Source: Auanema rhodensis (taxonomy: Eukaryota > Animalia > Nematoda). From it: 64,000 bases of DNA. Numbering within the stretch: the first letter of the stretch is position 1; each line of letters starts with the position of its first letter. Positions 26,628 through 42,000 of the stretch are shown here, one piece after another. The notes beneath the pieces were generated by a model. That model searched no databases. It saw only the letters and a list, made by a program, of their open reading frames with translations, and had not been told where the DNA came from. The DNA lies in contig OZ059894.1 of assembly GCA_964057225.1 (NCBI GenBank), positions 8,618,001-8,682,000 of the forward strand. The letters are read 5' to 3'. A program made the translations under genes and the position numbers.

Positions 26628-26924
26628 GAATGTTTGACTGTTGTTTATTTTATTTTTGAACACATTATCAATAGAAAACTGTTGTGAAACTCCTTTACTA
26701 GGTGACGATGAAACGATTTATTTATCTTCAACAATTCTTTTTTTAAAAATTTTTAATGTTGTTTTTTATGTTAAAAATAAATGAAAAATTTGTCTTTAAA
26801 TGTTTTTTTTTCAAAATTTGTTTCTTGAAAGAAAAAATATTAAAAAGAAATATTAAAAATAAAAACGAAACAATGTATGCAAGTAGGTGAATGAGATCAT
26901 CAAAATAATAAAATTAATTACATA

Positions 26925-27711
26925 TTAAGCAAACCGAGTTAGAAATATTGTGAAAGCTAAAGTTAGAGCTGTTAATGGGAAATTCAATTGAGCTGAATTA
27001 CAATCATCTCCAGAACAAGTAAAACATTCGCCACTACCACCAAGTTGATGACAATATCGCGCTTGAGCATTACATTTCTCAGCTTCAGGAACACATGATC
27101 GGAAAACCAGAATACTACTATTGGCAATATTTCCAACATCATCACCTGAAAGATTATGGACAAGAAGTATGAGTATCAGTTTTGAGATAAATAGACAACA
27201 CAAACACGTACGATATCGATTTAACAACAACATATTTCATTCAAAAGGTTGTTACATGCATTGAGGTTACAGATGTACAGATAGTTTACGTTTACAACTT
27301 TCCTTATAAAATGAAGAAAAAAATATAACAATAAGGTTGAACTCTTTTGAAACACACAATATGAAGAAATATGAAGTTCACTAGAAAAGTAAATAACCCA
27401 GTATAGCAAGGTTAAACACATGCTGATGAAAAACAATTATTACACATCAGAATGATTAAATGGAAACAAAAAATTTCAAGTGCGCTTACTCATTCCTCCA
27501 GTACATTCAAACTTCTGACAAAAGAAGTTCTCTGGTTGATCTCCAGCACATACTTTCGATTCAAATTTGTTATTACTACCAACAAAGCATTTTTTAGCTC
27601 CTTCTATAATAATATTTTTAATTATTAAATAAGAAAATTATCATTATTTCTATAAAACATACCAATATTGGTAATGTATACAACAAGAATAGCAAATGTG
27701 AAAGAACGCAT
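26925..27711 (-). CDS. Ly6/uPAR-like (three-finger) GPI-anchored protein, 3 exons
   Basis: Signal peptide MRSFTFAILVVYITNIEG, 10 Cys from KKCFVG to CFTCSGDDCN, hydrophobic C-terminal GPI signal. Confidence 0.82.
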
Positions 27712-30700
27712 GATGAAGTTTCCACTGAAAAAAGTTGGTTTACCGATAAATTTGTAGATTTATAAGTATAATAAACAAGTTTATTTTTTGATCGTTAAAT
27801 AAAGAAAAATGATTGAAAGTGAAAAGGGAAATTGAAAGTTTATTTAAAATTGGTTATAGGATCATTCATATTTTCATTAATATCTGTGATTTTAGAAATT
27901 CTAATAAGCTTGATAACATAGTTGAATGATATTATTTCTTAAAAATAGAATAAAAACATAAAATAAAATATGTATTACATTAATCATTATATATATTCCA
28001 AGAGGAAATCCTTAAAATTTCAAAAAAATCAAATGTTTTGTTTTTCTTTATAAAAAATAGTTAAAAAAACATTTTCACAAGACTAATGCTTTTAGTTGAG
28101 TTGTATAATGTTGAACTTTTGAAGATTAATTGAAACCTTAGTATAATATTATACAGATTAGAATGTAAAAAAGTTAGTAATAGGGGGAATTAAAACTTTT
28201 TTTCAAAGTAGGACACCAAGACTACGTCTTATCTGAGGCTAAGGCGGCAAGTAGTGTGAGAGTATGAAAAGCTATACAATTTCAGCTATCATACCATATG
28301 AGGAGATATATCTTAAGCCGTTTTAAGCTTCAACTATCCAATTTCTATTTGCAATGTTCAGCTTTTCACAGCCTGCCCTCAGCTAGAATCAGACTTAGTT
28401 TTATGATCTCAACTCTCCTCTAATTTATCGGATACTTCTCTCTCTCTCTGTTTATGCATTGGCTATTCCTTTACTTCAGTCTACTCTCCTTATATTCCTG
28501 ACCATCCAATTAAATTGAATAGAAATTCTGAATACAACATGAACGCAAATAACGATACGTAGTATCTTACGTATTGAATATTGCATTACCAGCTTAACGC
28601 ATTACTTATAAACTATACGAATAGTAGAATGTTTCTCATAAAGTTTAAAAATATGAACTTGTACTTTATCAAGTTTAAGGATAAATATAGAAACGCAACC
28701 GTTTTCTCATAAAAATCAAAATGAAATAACTGTTTTACGTGAATCACGTGAATAACCTAAAACTACAATACTTACATTTTTTAAAAATTATGTATATGTA
28801 TTTGCAAAATATATAAAATAGTTTGTGGCAAATTTGATGATAACCGTTCATTCATCCCCATTAACCTGATTTTTCTATTTTTCAACAGATAGTTGTACAA
28901 GATAGTTCTATCCCACACATGATTATATTAGTCATCCATGATTACAATGACTCACATCACTAGACCTTTTCAATTGAATATTCTTTGATGTTATTTTAAG
29001 TTTAGGATAGAAACCACCTCTGAGATTAGATATGACTACATACAATTTACCGATCAAATACGTAAAAAAATATTTAACATTTCACATTTACTGAACGATA
29101 GAGATGTCAAATTTAAATTTAAATGTTATTCAAACATGAATAAAATAAAATGTTTTCAACTAGATTAGGTGGAGAATTTTCTCGGAATCATTGTTACAGA
29201 TAATCATGACAATTCTTAAATTTCTTCAACTAGTTACACATCTATGTTGATGATGTATATGACTTGCTTTTCATAATTCATTTTCATTGAGTAATATTCC
29301 ATCTACATGGAAAATGCTCTAAATCTCAAGTTTCTTTAATAATACATTAAGTATCCACTATTCATTGGTACTAGTTTAGATGACAGCATTGAGTGTGTTG
29401 AGAAGAACATTTACTCAATTTCCATGTGAATTAACAAACCTCAAATATAGAAAAAGGTTAATACTATTGTGATTTAAATGAAAACAATAAAGTTATTGAC
29501 ACATTTAAAAAAATTCATAATCAAAAGTATGAAAAATAAAAGTATATTTGTCTAAATTCACATTAATTATCCAATTTAATTTTATATGTAAATCTCATAT
29601 CATGTTCAAAAATTTGAAAAAAGAAAAGAAAGAAAGTTACTGAAAATATTTGATACAAAAAACTGGTTGATTTTCCAGAATATTTTTCTAAAATTTTGCC
29701 CTCATTATTACTCTGGCTGTATCTGACGTCAATACACACTATACCACAGCCCCCTCTAACATTATACAATAAAATGCATTAAGTAACCTATAATTAATAA
29801 ATTTTCTAAATATGAGAAGGCAATTCATAACAATAAATTTAGTAAATAAAACAATCAATCAGATTTATATTGTGCTTAATGACAAGTTGAAACAAATAAA
29901 ATTATTGCCAGGTTTATTTCAAGTCGCATTCAGAGATATACACGAATCCCTCCATTTTTAATTTCCTGATCTGTATTTAACTCTCCCGTTCTACCTCGTA
30001 TATAGAGTTGTCTGGTTTTTCAATCCATCGTATAATCAGGTCAACCAGTTAATTACCTTCAATTAATCTGCAGCTCGTACCCTAGATCTTTTCTTCTAAT
30101 TAGTTTCTGAGATTCATCATATGCTTATAAGATGTTCTTCTGAGTTTGCACCATTCTTCAAAATTTTTGCTGAAAAATTAGGTTGCTGCACGAGCTTGCG
30201 GGAAGACATAAGTGATTTTTGATCTGTTTCGCAACTCAAAACTCGTGTCGAAAAGTCTTGAAAAGAATTAAAGTCCTGAAAATTTCCCACAAAAATTTTG
30301 CTGTGTCCTCCAAAGCTAACCGTCTGAGAGTAATAATCGGACTAGGGTGTAAGCGTGTGGAACTGCTGCTGACAGCGCTGAGCTGAGAATCTGAAGAATC
30401 GCTGTCTCTATATCGCGGCATGACGCCGATTGACACCTTATTTTGATCACAGCACTTCAATTGAAGTTCATTTTTCAAACTGGCCGTTAGCCCTGTCCGG
30501 CCTCATTCATCAATATCACCAATTTTAATATTTTGCTTTCATTTCACAAATATATTATTGAATATTTTTCATACTTTCATAATACTATGAATCTGGTATG
30601 TGTACTTATCTTTATCTCTAGCCCCCACGTCCGTATCCCTTTCTTGTTTTCTCTATAGAACTTTCTCAGATCATCAAGTCAGGTTTTACTTAATGATAGA

Positions 30701-33700
30701 CATTTTAAAATTTCGTCCCTTATTTCAAGTCTATCAACTTATCCTTTTGCCTAAAATTTTCATATCCTACAACAACAATAATGGCATGATGCCATATTTG
30801 GCAGTTGCCATAGCCAATTTGATTAAGTGAATAAGATCATATTACCATGAATAAACGGTAAAACCACACGACCTCATGCTCAGAAAACATAAAACTATTT
30901 GAACAGCGGTATGCGGATAACAGTCAAATCAACAGGTTGCCCTACAAAACTAGACAAATTATACACAATATCTATATGAATCGTTATATTAATGAATATA
31001 TTTAAAGTATATACAAACATACATAGTTATATACATCATCACCATAATCAAATAATGACAGAAATTTTCAAAAAAATATAATTATTTCAACAATGATTTA
31101 TGTAAACAACTGCTTGAACATCAAGCAATATATGGACATGCAGCCAGAATTTCATGAGAACAACTCATGTTCGTTTGATTAAAATAGGCTGAATTCAGCT
31201 GGCATAAACGCTTGATCAAATACACTTAATTTATATGATTTTTCAATTCATTCTCCCGCTCTGCTCTTTTCAAAGCTCCTGCTCACATGTTTAATTCGTC
31301 CAACTTTTCGCGAGTGTTAGATCAGCTTTTATAATTCGTTTTGTTTTCCGATACGCTTCGTTTTTCTCGCTTTGTGACTCACCAACTTCCTTAAAACCTC
31401 TACTTAACTGATTATATTTGACTTATTAAAGTAAATAACATTATTATCTATACAGTAGCATGAGCTATTATCAGTTATAATAATTCAAATAGTAACATTA
31501 TCTATGCCATTCAACCTTGACAGTTTATGTTCAGCCAGCCGTTTCGAGTATTTGTTTGTTCCGATTATGTCGTCCGTGTCTTAGCACATATCATCGCAGG
31601 TTCTTCTAGGCTGTATTGGCTACTTCGTTTCCTTATATGTTCATTTTGATTGGAAATATACACGAATACTTATCTTTCAAGTACTTTGTCATATTTGAGC
31701 TTGGGAGAGTATGAAACTTAGAGAAAACATACAGACATGTCATTCAATTACCGAGTGTTTATGTCTAACAACCGATATTGTAAACGTTTTTCTTGCGATT
31801 TTCAAATGATTCATTCCACTAACTCAAGGTCCATAAAGGTCATCTGTTATTTGGCCATTCACTGAGCAGTTTCTCCGGAAAACTGTGCACTTTGCTTATT
31901 GTAGGCTTTGAACCGAAGAACCGGAAACTAACGGCTGCCCAGCTCTGTACGCGTCAGCAGTTACATCGCAACCTCACAATCCCGCATGTACCAGCCGGAA
32001 CACCAAGCTTCCGCTGTTCCTTTATGTTTGAAACTCGGCACTTTCATCATAAGCGCACTGTGCTTGCAGTCCAATTAAAGCTACAATAATGCTTGTTTAT
32101 TAGCTTTCAAGAGCTTGCTTCTTGAGCATATACCATAAATGAGCATCAGCCGACCATCACTTGTCATAGTATGTCATAGCATGTAGGACTTAAGATAAAG
32201 AAGAAAGTGAAGAAGCCGATTGCCATTCTTCATATTTTACTTCAATTGCGTAAATCCATCTCATTCATCAAACCGCCGATGAATTCTCCATGAGCTTTCT
32301 CACAAAAACGAATGGCTTTTCTTGGTCGATTTTTCGGGTGAACACATTTTGAGTCCAATTTCTTATTCGGTTCTTCATTTCGTTCTCCTTCGTATCCCCT
32401 TCCTCGTCTTGCATTTTTTTTATGGAAAAGCTTTATATATTTGTTTTCTCGTTTTGAATATTTTGCTATTGAAGCCAATCAAATAAAAATCCCAAGATTT
32501 TCTATCCCTTTTCAATATTTTCAACCCCACTCTTCATTTTGGATAATTAGCCTTAAACGGAGATCAAAAAAAGCTCACTACTAATCTCTATCTCTTAATG
32601 CAAATGAAAAAAAAGGTGTCTTATGCTCATCTTATGCTCTTCCGAATATCTATCTATATTATCTCTCTGATTCTCTCTCTCACCCAATTAGGTTCTCTAC
32701 TTCTCAACCTTGTGTTATCTTGTTTCGTCGGCAGATCATAAGGTAATCCTTCTCATCTGCACTAGTTATTATTGCCTTCTGTCCCACTTCTCGGTACCGT
32801 GCTCGGCTTATTTGTTTGAGGATCTGCCTATTTCCTTAGATGGCTATCACGTAACCTGTATTATAGACATCTAACTGTGAGATAGAACAAGAAAGAGCAA
32901 GAGCCGTTCATAGATTACGAGAAATATGGAGGAAATAGAGATGACAATTACTAATCTTAGTCCAATTCCGGCTTGCCCGCTTCACAGCAGGTACAGCATG
33001 CTCACCGTCTGTACATAAGTTATATATTACCTCCCTATGTAGTATATATAGAGACACTTACATCTGTAATCCAACCATAATTGATTATTAAATTACATTC
33101 AGAAAATAGATTCATTCAAAACTTTTTCTAAATTCATATTATGAGACAACCGTTCATGACAATTTCGCGAATCAAAATATTTTCTGACGTGAAACGTGAA
33201 TCATTGAACATTTCATACTGTGAACAGAAATTATTATTGTTTTGTATGTTTTCTATTAAAAAAATATATTTTTCTTATACTTTTCTTACATTTATTCACA
33301 TGCATGTATATTTGAATCTTTCATGTTCGAAAAAGTATTCTGTGAACTTGATTGAAAGAAAAACTTCTCTATACAGTTAGATTGAGCTGCAGAGGTGAAA
33401 TAGCATCTGGTAAACATGAAGCTTTTAACGAAATAGCAAAAAACAATTCGTCAATTGTCTGTATACAGAAGAGAACTAGACTACGACAAATAGGTATCAG
33501 TGACAATGGTCAATTTCTTAAACGATGAATCTAACCGCAGTCATCTTATAGCCCCCACCCCCTCTGTTTCACATATACCTTGTTTTCTCTCTTTCTTTCT
33601 CTCTTTCTCTCTCTCTCTCTCGTTTTTTTCTCAAAACTTGAAAATGATCCAATCACAAGAATGGTTTTTTCGTCTGAAGCTTTCATTTTGAACGTTTGTA

Positions 33701-36700
33701 TTATCCTCGTATGTACCCTAAAGGAAAACAACATTTAGAGTAGTTTGAAGATTGAGCTGGCCTAAGACTTCTTTTTCTCCTGATATCATACTCTGGTCTT
33801 ACGAAAAACTCGCCTTTTTGATCTGTGATGATCCACGGATTCAGAGAAATGTGTCTCGTGCCTTATTTCGAAAATCCAAAATGTGACGTATATTTTTCCG
33901 AAACATACAATGAGATTCAACATTCCTTTTCCAATATATTAGAAAACTTAAAGCTTTTACTCATTCAGTCATAAAGCAATTTACCCATCTGCTTCATACT
34001 TTTCCGGTAGTTTGTGCATGATCGAACATTCAGCAAGTACGTCGCATTTGAATTGCGGCATCTATACGTATCCGGATGCCTCTACGTCCTTTTATGAAAA
34101 CTTTGTTTGCTATGCCAAGTTGCATGGTCAAGCTGTCAGAAAGCATCCATCATAATGTTCAGAGGCAGTCATCCGTTTGTCCTCACCCTATACTTCGCCA
34201 TCTCTTCTATGAACAGTTAAAATATGACTTTACTAGAAGGTGTCAACACATATAATGATTAACATAGTATGTATTTCAATATAATTTGAGTTGAAAATAC
34301 TAACTAGATCCATTATAAAATGATCAGCCTCATAGATATATTTTAATTCCTAATATTCGAAAAGTTCAAGTTTTTCGTCTATTATATAGTGTTGTATAAA
34401 TTTTTTTTTGCAACCTATAATGAGAGAGAGAGAAAAGAAAACGGCATAAAAGATGAAAAGAGAGAACTAATTATTAAATAGAGGACGAAAATAGCCAATC
34501 CTTTCTTAAATCCCTCCGTCAAAAGTAAATCCAAAACCATTCGAGGCCAACTAGTCTAACACAAAGATAACAAGGTGTGGTAGCAAGTTGCTGTGCTTGG
34601 ACACATAGTATAGTACAACTTGAAGAAAAAATTGTTTGTCTTTAATCTCTCAACACTTATATAACATATAATATGTTATACACAATTAACTATAATAACA
34701 TAAGAAGATGAAATTGAAATTATGATTTTATTACTTTATTATACAGATGATATCAGTCATTAACATCTTGAGCTAAGCACATTGTTACATGGATCACATA
34801 TCCATCTGTCCTATATCATATGGATGATGCTGCAGAAACAATCTACGATATGCTCTATACCTTCTGCTCAAATCATCAGCCTATCCGTAATGGCTTTGTG
34901 TGCAATTATTTTCGACCTTAAAACGCAATGAAGATGACGATCAGCAGATGCTCTCTGCTAAGCTTTTAACGGAAACGTCCTGACCAACAATTTTTGGATT
35001 TAATTTAATTAGTTCTATCATCCATAGTGTACGTGTGAGCAAGCGTACACCAGTTATAGACATCGATGAATGAATTGCCTTCTCGGAATTTCTGAATGCC
35101 TGGTGAAATGCACACGAAAATCTGGAAGCATATCTGGAACTCTTTACTCAATCACTTTATTCGCAATTTTCATCAAACAAAATCGTGTTGAAAATTATAT
35201 AAATAAGATTGGTTATATTCTTCCATTTTTGAAAGAAGGATGATGATTGATTTATTAGGTTTTCGGAATTTTCTCATCTTCTTTTAGCTTCAAGTTTACT
35301 GACTAATTCGCTTTTCTTTAGCTCGTTTTGTAGACATAACGTCCCTGGAATGCACTTATAACTAGGTCTTCGATCCTCAGTTTTCGAATTCAGCCACAGC
35401 TATGTATGAAGGCAAAGCCAATCACCCAGTTGGCGCATTCTCTCGTCTTTTTCATGTTTTCCGTTGTCTTCGCCCAATATCTCGGAGCTACCCTCCCCTT
35501 TTTTCTCTCCTCAATAATGTTTTTCTTTCTTTCCGTCACTGTCTTCGTCTTCTATTTGTTACGCACCTCTTTCTCACAGATTCTGAAGTCACTTATTCAA
35601 TTCATATCTCAATGGTTCTTGTTGTTGTTTCTTTAATTGACACTCAATATCCGTTAATTGCTTCCTTCAAAAGGAACATACAGCTCCTTCACAGCCAGTT
35701 GTCGGTTCATATGGTATAACCTATAGTCGTCATCCAGAACCGCTTCAATCTCCGCCCCTCTAACATTCACAACTGACCTCGTATGAAATTAGCTGTTAAC
35801 CTCTTCCACCCTTCTGCCGAACCGGCTGATGTGACTATGTGCTCCTCCTCTTCATTCTTTCGTCTACACTAGATTTGTATTTTCCTATCTCATTTTATTC
35901 ATTTTCCTTATTGAAAAGTAGAGTAAAGACTTTGCTGAGTATATTCTCACGTACGAAGTCACGTCTTTCGTTTACTATTCAAGAGCCCGAAGAACGGATA
36001 TCTTCTTTCTGGCTCTTTCATATATACCTTCATTCCTTTTCTCTCATTCTCACCGTTTTTTCTTTATCTTTTTTCATTTCTTTTTTCTTTTTTAGCATTA
36101 TATGACCACTTATATGGTGGCTGAAAAAACGGTATTGTTCAAGATCAAGTGGTCTTCGGAATCTTCCAACATGTGCCGCTTATTGTTTGAAAACGGTCAA
36201 GAAAATAACTACTGTTTATGGCATGACTGAAAACAAGGCCAAGCCATTTACAATCACAGATTTTCTAGCCGGAAATTCGTTAATCTTACAGTTTGCTACT
36301 TTCACAGATTCACTAGACACTGACTTCAATTAAATGAACATGTGTCATACTTGTTGAAATTCCATTTCAAAGCCCTACAGGCAACTGGTCTTTGCTGCTA
36401 GTCTTCGTATTCGCTTTTAATGGATATGTCTTTTGACTCCGAAGATCATTTGTTACATATTTCAGGCGTTAGCCACATGGCCAACCGTCAGTTTTGGCAA
36501 TTGTTTAAAGCTTTTCTCTTTCTTATATCCAGCTTCTGCACAACTGAATCGATTACTCTATTTGAAAAAACGAAAAAGGGAGCCCCTGATATGCCCTCGA
36601 GTCTCATGCTCAATCATCCGAACATTGCAAGCTGTAAGACGTCATTTAGAATGCTTATAAGAAATAAGAGATGAAAAGAGAGAAAGAAAGGAGATATAGT

Positions 36701-39033
36701 TCGAAGTATTTTGAAGAAACAAAGCTTTTTCTGAGGTCTACGCAATCGATTTCCACAAGTAAATTAAAAATATTCTCCTTTCCATCTGAGATAAACATGT
36801 TATTAAGATGAATATGGTATGTTCTAACATACTAAGCTATTTCAGAAATCTCATATAAAGAATTTGCACTTTTCGTTATTCCATTTTGATAATCTTATAA
36901 CAACATTTTAATGTTTTTCGATTTTTTCTTTTAAACTATTTCCTTTTCTTCCACCTACTTCTCAGCCTAGTTGGGGTACTTGACTCATCTTGAGATCAGA
37001 CAAGCCTATTCGTTGTCACAAAAATGAAAATCTGTGCCTTATAATCAGAGTTTTGTGAAATGTGCCTCTTCTCTTATATTGCATCTGACTGTCTCTCTAG
37101 CGATAGCTGTTTACCTATCCTTACTTGGCTACCTAGCTATCATTAGCCGTGAAGTGTTCTCTTCCGTTTTCTTATCCTCTGTTTACACAAACTATTTCTC
37201 TGCCTATTTCTCGACCCAACCCCTCACAGACATACATTAGAAGAGAAAGTATGACAAGTATATGCGAAGATATTATATATACAATAGTAAATTAAGAGAT
37301 TTAGAGAAAGGTAAAGAGTCACAGATTTGCCTAGATGTGGGAGGCTGAGTGACTTACTACGAAGACCTCATAGTCAGACGGCATGCCTATATACGGATTA
37401 GGACATAATGATTGATCCATATGGCCTAGCTCATGATTTTTTGCCATCGAGCCTATTCATTTACCACCTCTAATACTTCTCCCATTTACTGACCATATCT
37501 TCACCCAATCATCTTTTCCTTTTTTTCATATCTTTACTTCTTTTCTTCAATTCTCGATTTGGTTTTACGGTCAACCATACGATTTACTCTACGCTAGAGT
37601 TCCTTTCGGTCAGTCTTTCTTCCTGACAACAGCTTTTGTTTTCCTATTACTTGCTTGCTGTCTTTCTTTCTGTCTGTCTTTCTGACATATTTCGTCAAGA
37701 TTTTTGTTCTATTCATTTGGTGGTCTTTATTTCCTTCTATAGCACTCAAGCTCAGCCTTGTGTCAGGTGGACCACCCCCAGTCATATAAGCAGTAAGCTG
37801 CACGTGTTTAAAACATTTTCGAATAGAAAACCACGATGCAATATAGTACCAAAATGAATTGTTCATTCTAAATTCGGTAATCAAATATCTTTTCATTTCT
37901 TAAATATTGGCTGTCAGCACAGAAATACCGTTGGACGACTTAAACAACTACATATATCCATTATAAATTGTCTCCAAATGTGTCTTACCCTATTCGATGT
38001 GTTTCTTTATTGGTTTTACGGTTGGAATTCAACAAGCCACGTTTCACACATATTCTGTCGCGGTGTCGAGTTGTATTGGACAGTCTATTGGCTACACTTC
38101 GCACAACCTATTCAAGTATCAGATGACCTCTGGCTCGGTTTCAAAATGAAGCGAGAGTGAGAGGGCGAGAGAACCAGCTGAAGCTCCTTTCAGTAGTCTC
38201 AACACTATCAATCTTTCCTTGATGTAAGTATATCTATATCTGTCTCTATTTTCTATTCCTATATTTTTCTATTCAATGTCTTTATGTCAAATATGACTTT
38301 TAGCTGTCTGTCTGTCTTTTAGCAATGTCAAGTCTATCAATCCCTGTTCTTCGCATGCTTTTATGATATTCTAAAGATGTTTATGTGTTGTAGATTGAGT
38401 TTAAGACACATATTTCCTTTGCAAGACATAACACATATCAAGCTGAAGAAAAGACTGAATGGCATCATCCGGAACAATCCGGACCATCTGTCGGTTTCGG
38501 AAGGCCGGATGACTCTCGGCTCTTTTCTTGCCTTGGCCTTCTGGCTCCAGTACACACACACATAGATATGCACTCCTTTTCTATCTCTTGCACACATTCT
38601 TCTTCTCTGCTATTCTCACTCTCTTATACTCAATATATTTTCGCGTTTTCTAACTACTCGTTGTTCAGAAGCCTCGTAAGGCCATCAGGCACAGCTGTGT
38701 TTCTGCGGCGCCTCATCTTCCGACACCAATCCAACCAAGCGTTATGTCATCGTTTTTGCTCAATCCCAAAATTTTTTGCCAAATGTCCTGAGGCATTTGC
38801 TACTTCAATGCGCCAAAGCACATGTCACTTAAGAAATGTCTTCAACAAGTTTTAGATATTTCCATTTTTATCTTCTTGATCAGAAACGCACATCTCCAAG
38901 CAAACTTAGCCATTCTTTAATATATGACTTAAAAAGAAAAAAGTGAAGGAAGGATGAGAGAGAGAAAAACCTCATTCATTTTGGTTTGGCTAGCTGATTT
39001 GTGGATTTTTTACTTTCTTGTTGTCGGTTGTTT

Positions 39034-39040
<7 letters not shown>

Positions 39041-39091
<51 letters not shown>
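39041..39091. repeat. (CT)25 microsatellite
   Basis: Perfect dinucleotide run. Confidence 0.95.
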
Positions 39092-39094
<3 letters not shown>

Positions 39095-42000
39095 TACACA
39101 TTCCATCTCTCACCCTTCCACATATTTCCTTTTTTATCTTCTTTTTAAGGCTTCAACTCGTTTTCTCTAAATCTTGAATATAAAACGAACAACCAACCGA
39201 AATGTAACTACGTTTCCGGATTTTAGGCTTTTTCTCTGCTCTTCTTCAATAGCATTTTTTCTGTTTCAAGATTAGGCGACAGCTGATTCTTTTTTTCGTA
39301 TTTGGGGTTTCCCAAAAAAAAATTCAATTCTCTCTCTGAATCATTTTTTTCCTTCCTCTTGTTTTGCGGTAATAACTCGAGCTTGCTCGTGTCCAGCAGC
39401 CTTGTTGGCAAAGTACTCCAACTTCCCTTAGAACCTCTTCATCACTTCATTAGACTATTATCTTCATTCTTTTCCATATATGGATGTCCACTCTCAAGAG
39501 AGCAAGAGAGATATGCATTGTGAGAGCACAAGAGATCGGGAGTGACGATAGAATGCCTGAGGGGTGAAGCAGAACCACACACATATCCTTCTACTTCATA
39601 ATTCATCATCACCACGTTGGGACCACTCAGTCTCCTGCTTTTCTAGTCAACTATTTTTCTTCAGACAGCTGTAAGCCGTGTGCAAAGTAGAGCAATATGC
39701 CCTCCGGTCAAAGCTATAAGATTGCCAGCTGTCCTTTTCTGCTCTGTTTCCGGTTAGCCAGCCGATATGTCTATTCTTGTCCTTGTTCTCCCCTTTCTTG
39801 GATTTCTGTTAGCAGCCTACAACACAGAGAAACATACAAGCATACCCCATAATACAGAAGGGTCGAGATTTCAGCATTATGCCAGATATTTGGCTACTTC
39901 ATGTCGGCCAGCTGTAATAGCGGATCTTCAACGGAAGGTTCACAAATTGAACGACGTCCCCACTGCTCTTCTATTGCACTAGTAGCAGTTCATTTTCATT
40001 GAATCCTATTCCGCTGATTCTGACTGCCTAAGATTGGATAGCAAGAGCCAATTCAAATTAGGACATCAGTACATACGCCTATTGGTCAATTCAATCATGA
40101 TTCTCCATATCAGATTAGTTTAGAATGAACTTTCGTTTATTCGTTTCTTCTTTTTCTATCTATTTTCTTACATTTGTAATGTAAGCCAGTACTTTATTTG
40201 CGGTCGCCTTTGAAGTTACACCTCAACTACGTGTAACACGTCCACGATTCCATTGTTACTATTCAAAGCGTGATGAACTCTTGCTTATCCTTTACTCGAT
40301 GCTTTTCTTTCCATCTAATTCCTTTCATCTATTCATTTTATTCTTTTCCTTTCCACTCTTTTCGTTTATTCTTATTTTCCATATCATGCCTTACCAACTG
40401 CCCACCCATCATGCCCTCTGTCGCCACTCCTGGACGTCCCGCCCACTTGGCGGTCCCTCCTCCTTCGAGATCGGACCGGCTGGCCTGAGTCAAGCATCAT
40501 ACCCTTTCGTCATCTCTCTCTCTTTCTCTCTCTGTCCCTATCTAGATATTCTAATTCACCTTTCCCTTCTTTCCTCAAATCTATTAACATTATCTGAATA
40601 AAATATTTTGTTATAAACTTTTATTTCATTTTTGTTAACGCCAACCAGCTCTTCTCATTTCATTCTTTCATTCTTGAGCTACTCGAATTAATTTAGTTTT
40701 TAGGGTTTTTACTTAATGCTCCTGCACGAAATTAGTTGGAAAGATAAAATATGAACTATAATCCATATTTTCCGCAAATTCGTCTTCAAACTTTTCCTTA
40801 CAAAGTAGCTTCATCCAGTTGCATGTGCTGAACTGAAGTACGCGTCATATGAGAGCTGCTTGTTCGTTTGTTCATCGTTTGCTCATTCTACTACTACACA
40901 TGTCTCCGTTTGTCACCCAATTCATTAAGACCTTTTTTCGTTTATTTTTTTTGTCATTTTCCGTCTAGTTTACTCTCATTTTTCTTTTTTTCTATCATAC
41001 CTTCCATTTTCTAGTTCTATACTTCTTTGCCTTTCTCATCTCTCATACATTTCTATGTGCTGTTTAGCTCTCTCATTCGTCTCCTTTTTCTGTTCTCTTG
41101 TATCTACCCTTAGCATTTTCCTGACTCGTTCTCTTTCCGGCACTTCATTGTTGTACCGTCTCAGTTTTCATGCCCACTTTTAGAAAATCTTAACTGACCA
41201 CCTTTAGCTTCTACTATTACCAGAATTTCAACAGGCTTGCCTACACTAGCTATGTTGGTCGGCTACTTCTGCTCTTCCCTTTGTTTCCTGATGGAGCAAA
41301 ACCTTTTTCGAATTCTAAAAAGGCTATCCGAACCATTGATTAAACATAAGTTTGAGCATATTTCTTCGCATTGGCCAATTTTTTCTCAATGTTACTTGTG
41401 ATTCAGTGGAACATCTTCATTCCTAATTATAGCTTCAGAATGTCGAGCTTGTCACATACTCATTCTTCAAACAAATCGTTCCCAACAGACTGAAGCTGTA
41501 ATATCAGCATCGAAAAGCACTAGTAATTAAACTTCATACTAGTTTTTGACTTCCCGACACAACAACTCTCCCAGAATCGATGTTGCGTTTTCAATCAAAA
41601 TTTGCAAAATAAGTATCCCCAGCATACGAGACTAATCTGAGATTCTGCCTGACACTCAATATGGTAGAAGATATCCAACTTAATCTCCCTTCTTTCTGCT
41701 TCATGAGCGATATCTCTGCCGGAATCACTGCACTCACTTGTTCTTTTCCTTTCACAAAATATATTCGAAAACATAAAAATCAATGAGCTCGGGGTTGCCT
41801 GAGGCAGAGCTGGTTGCAATGGCAACACTCATCACATCTTCATCTTCATCTCAGTCGTTTTTCTATGAATTTTTTGGTGCTTTAGTCTTGTTTTCTACTA
41901 GTTCCTACCTCATAGCCGAGTATATTTTCTTTTTGTGCTAGTGAGAATGTCATTCTGTTATAGTCAGTCGCAAAACAACCATTAAATCATATAAACTAAC

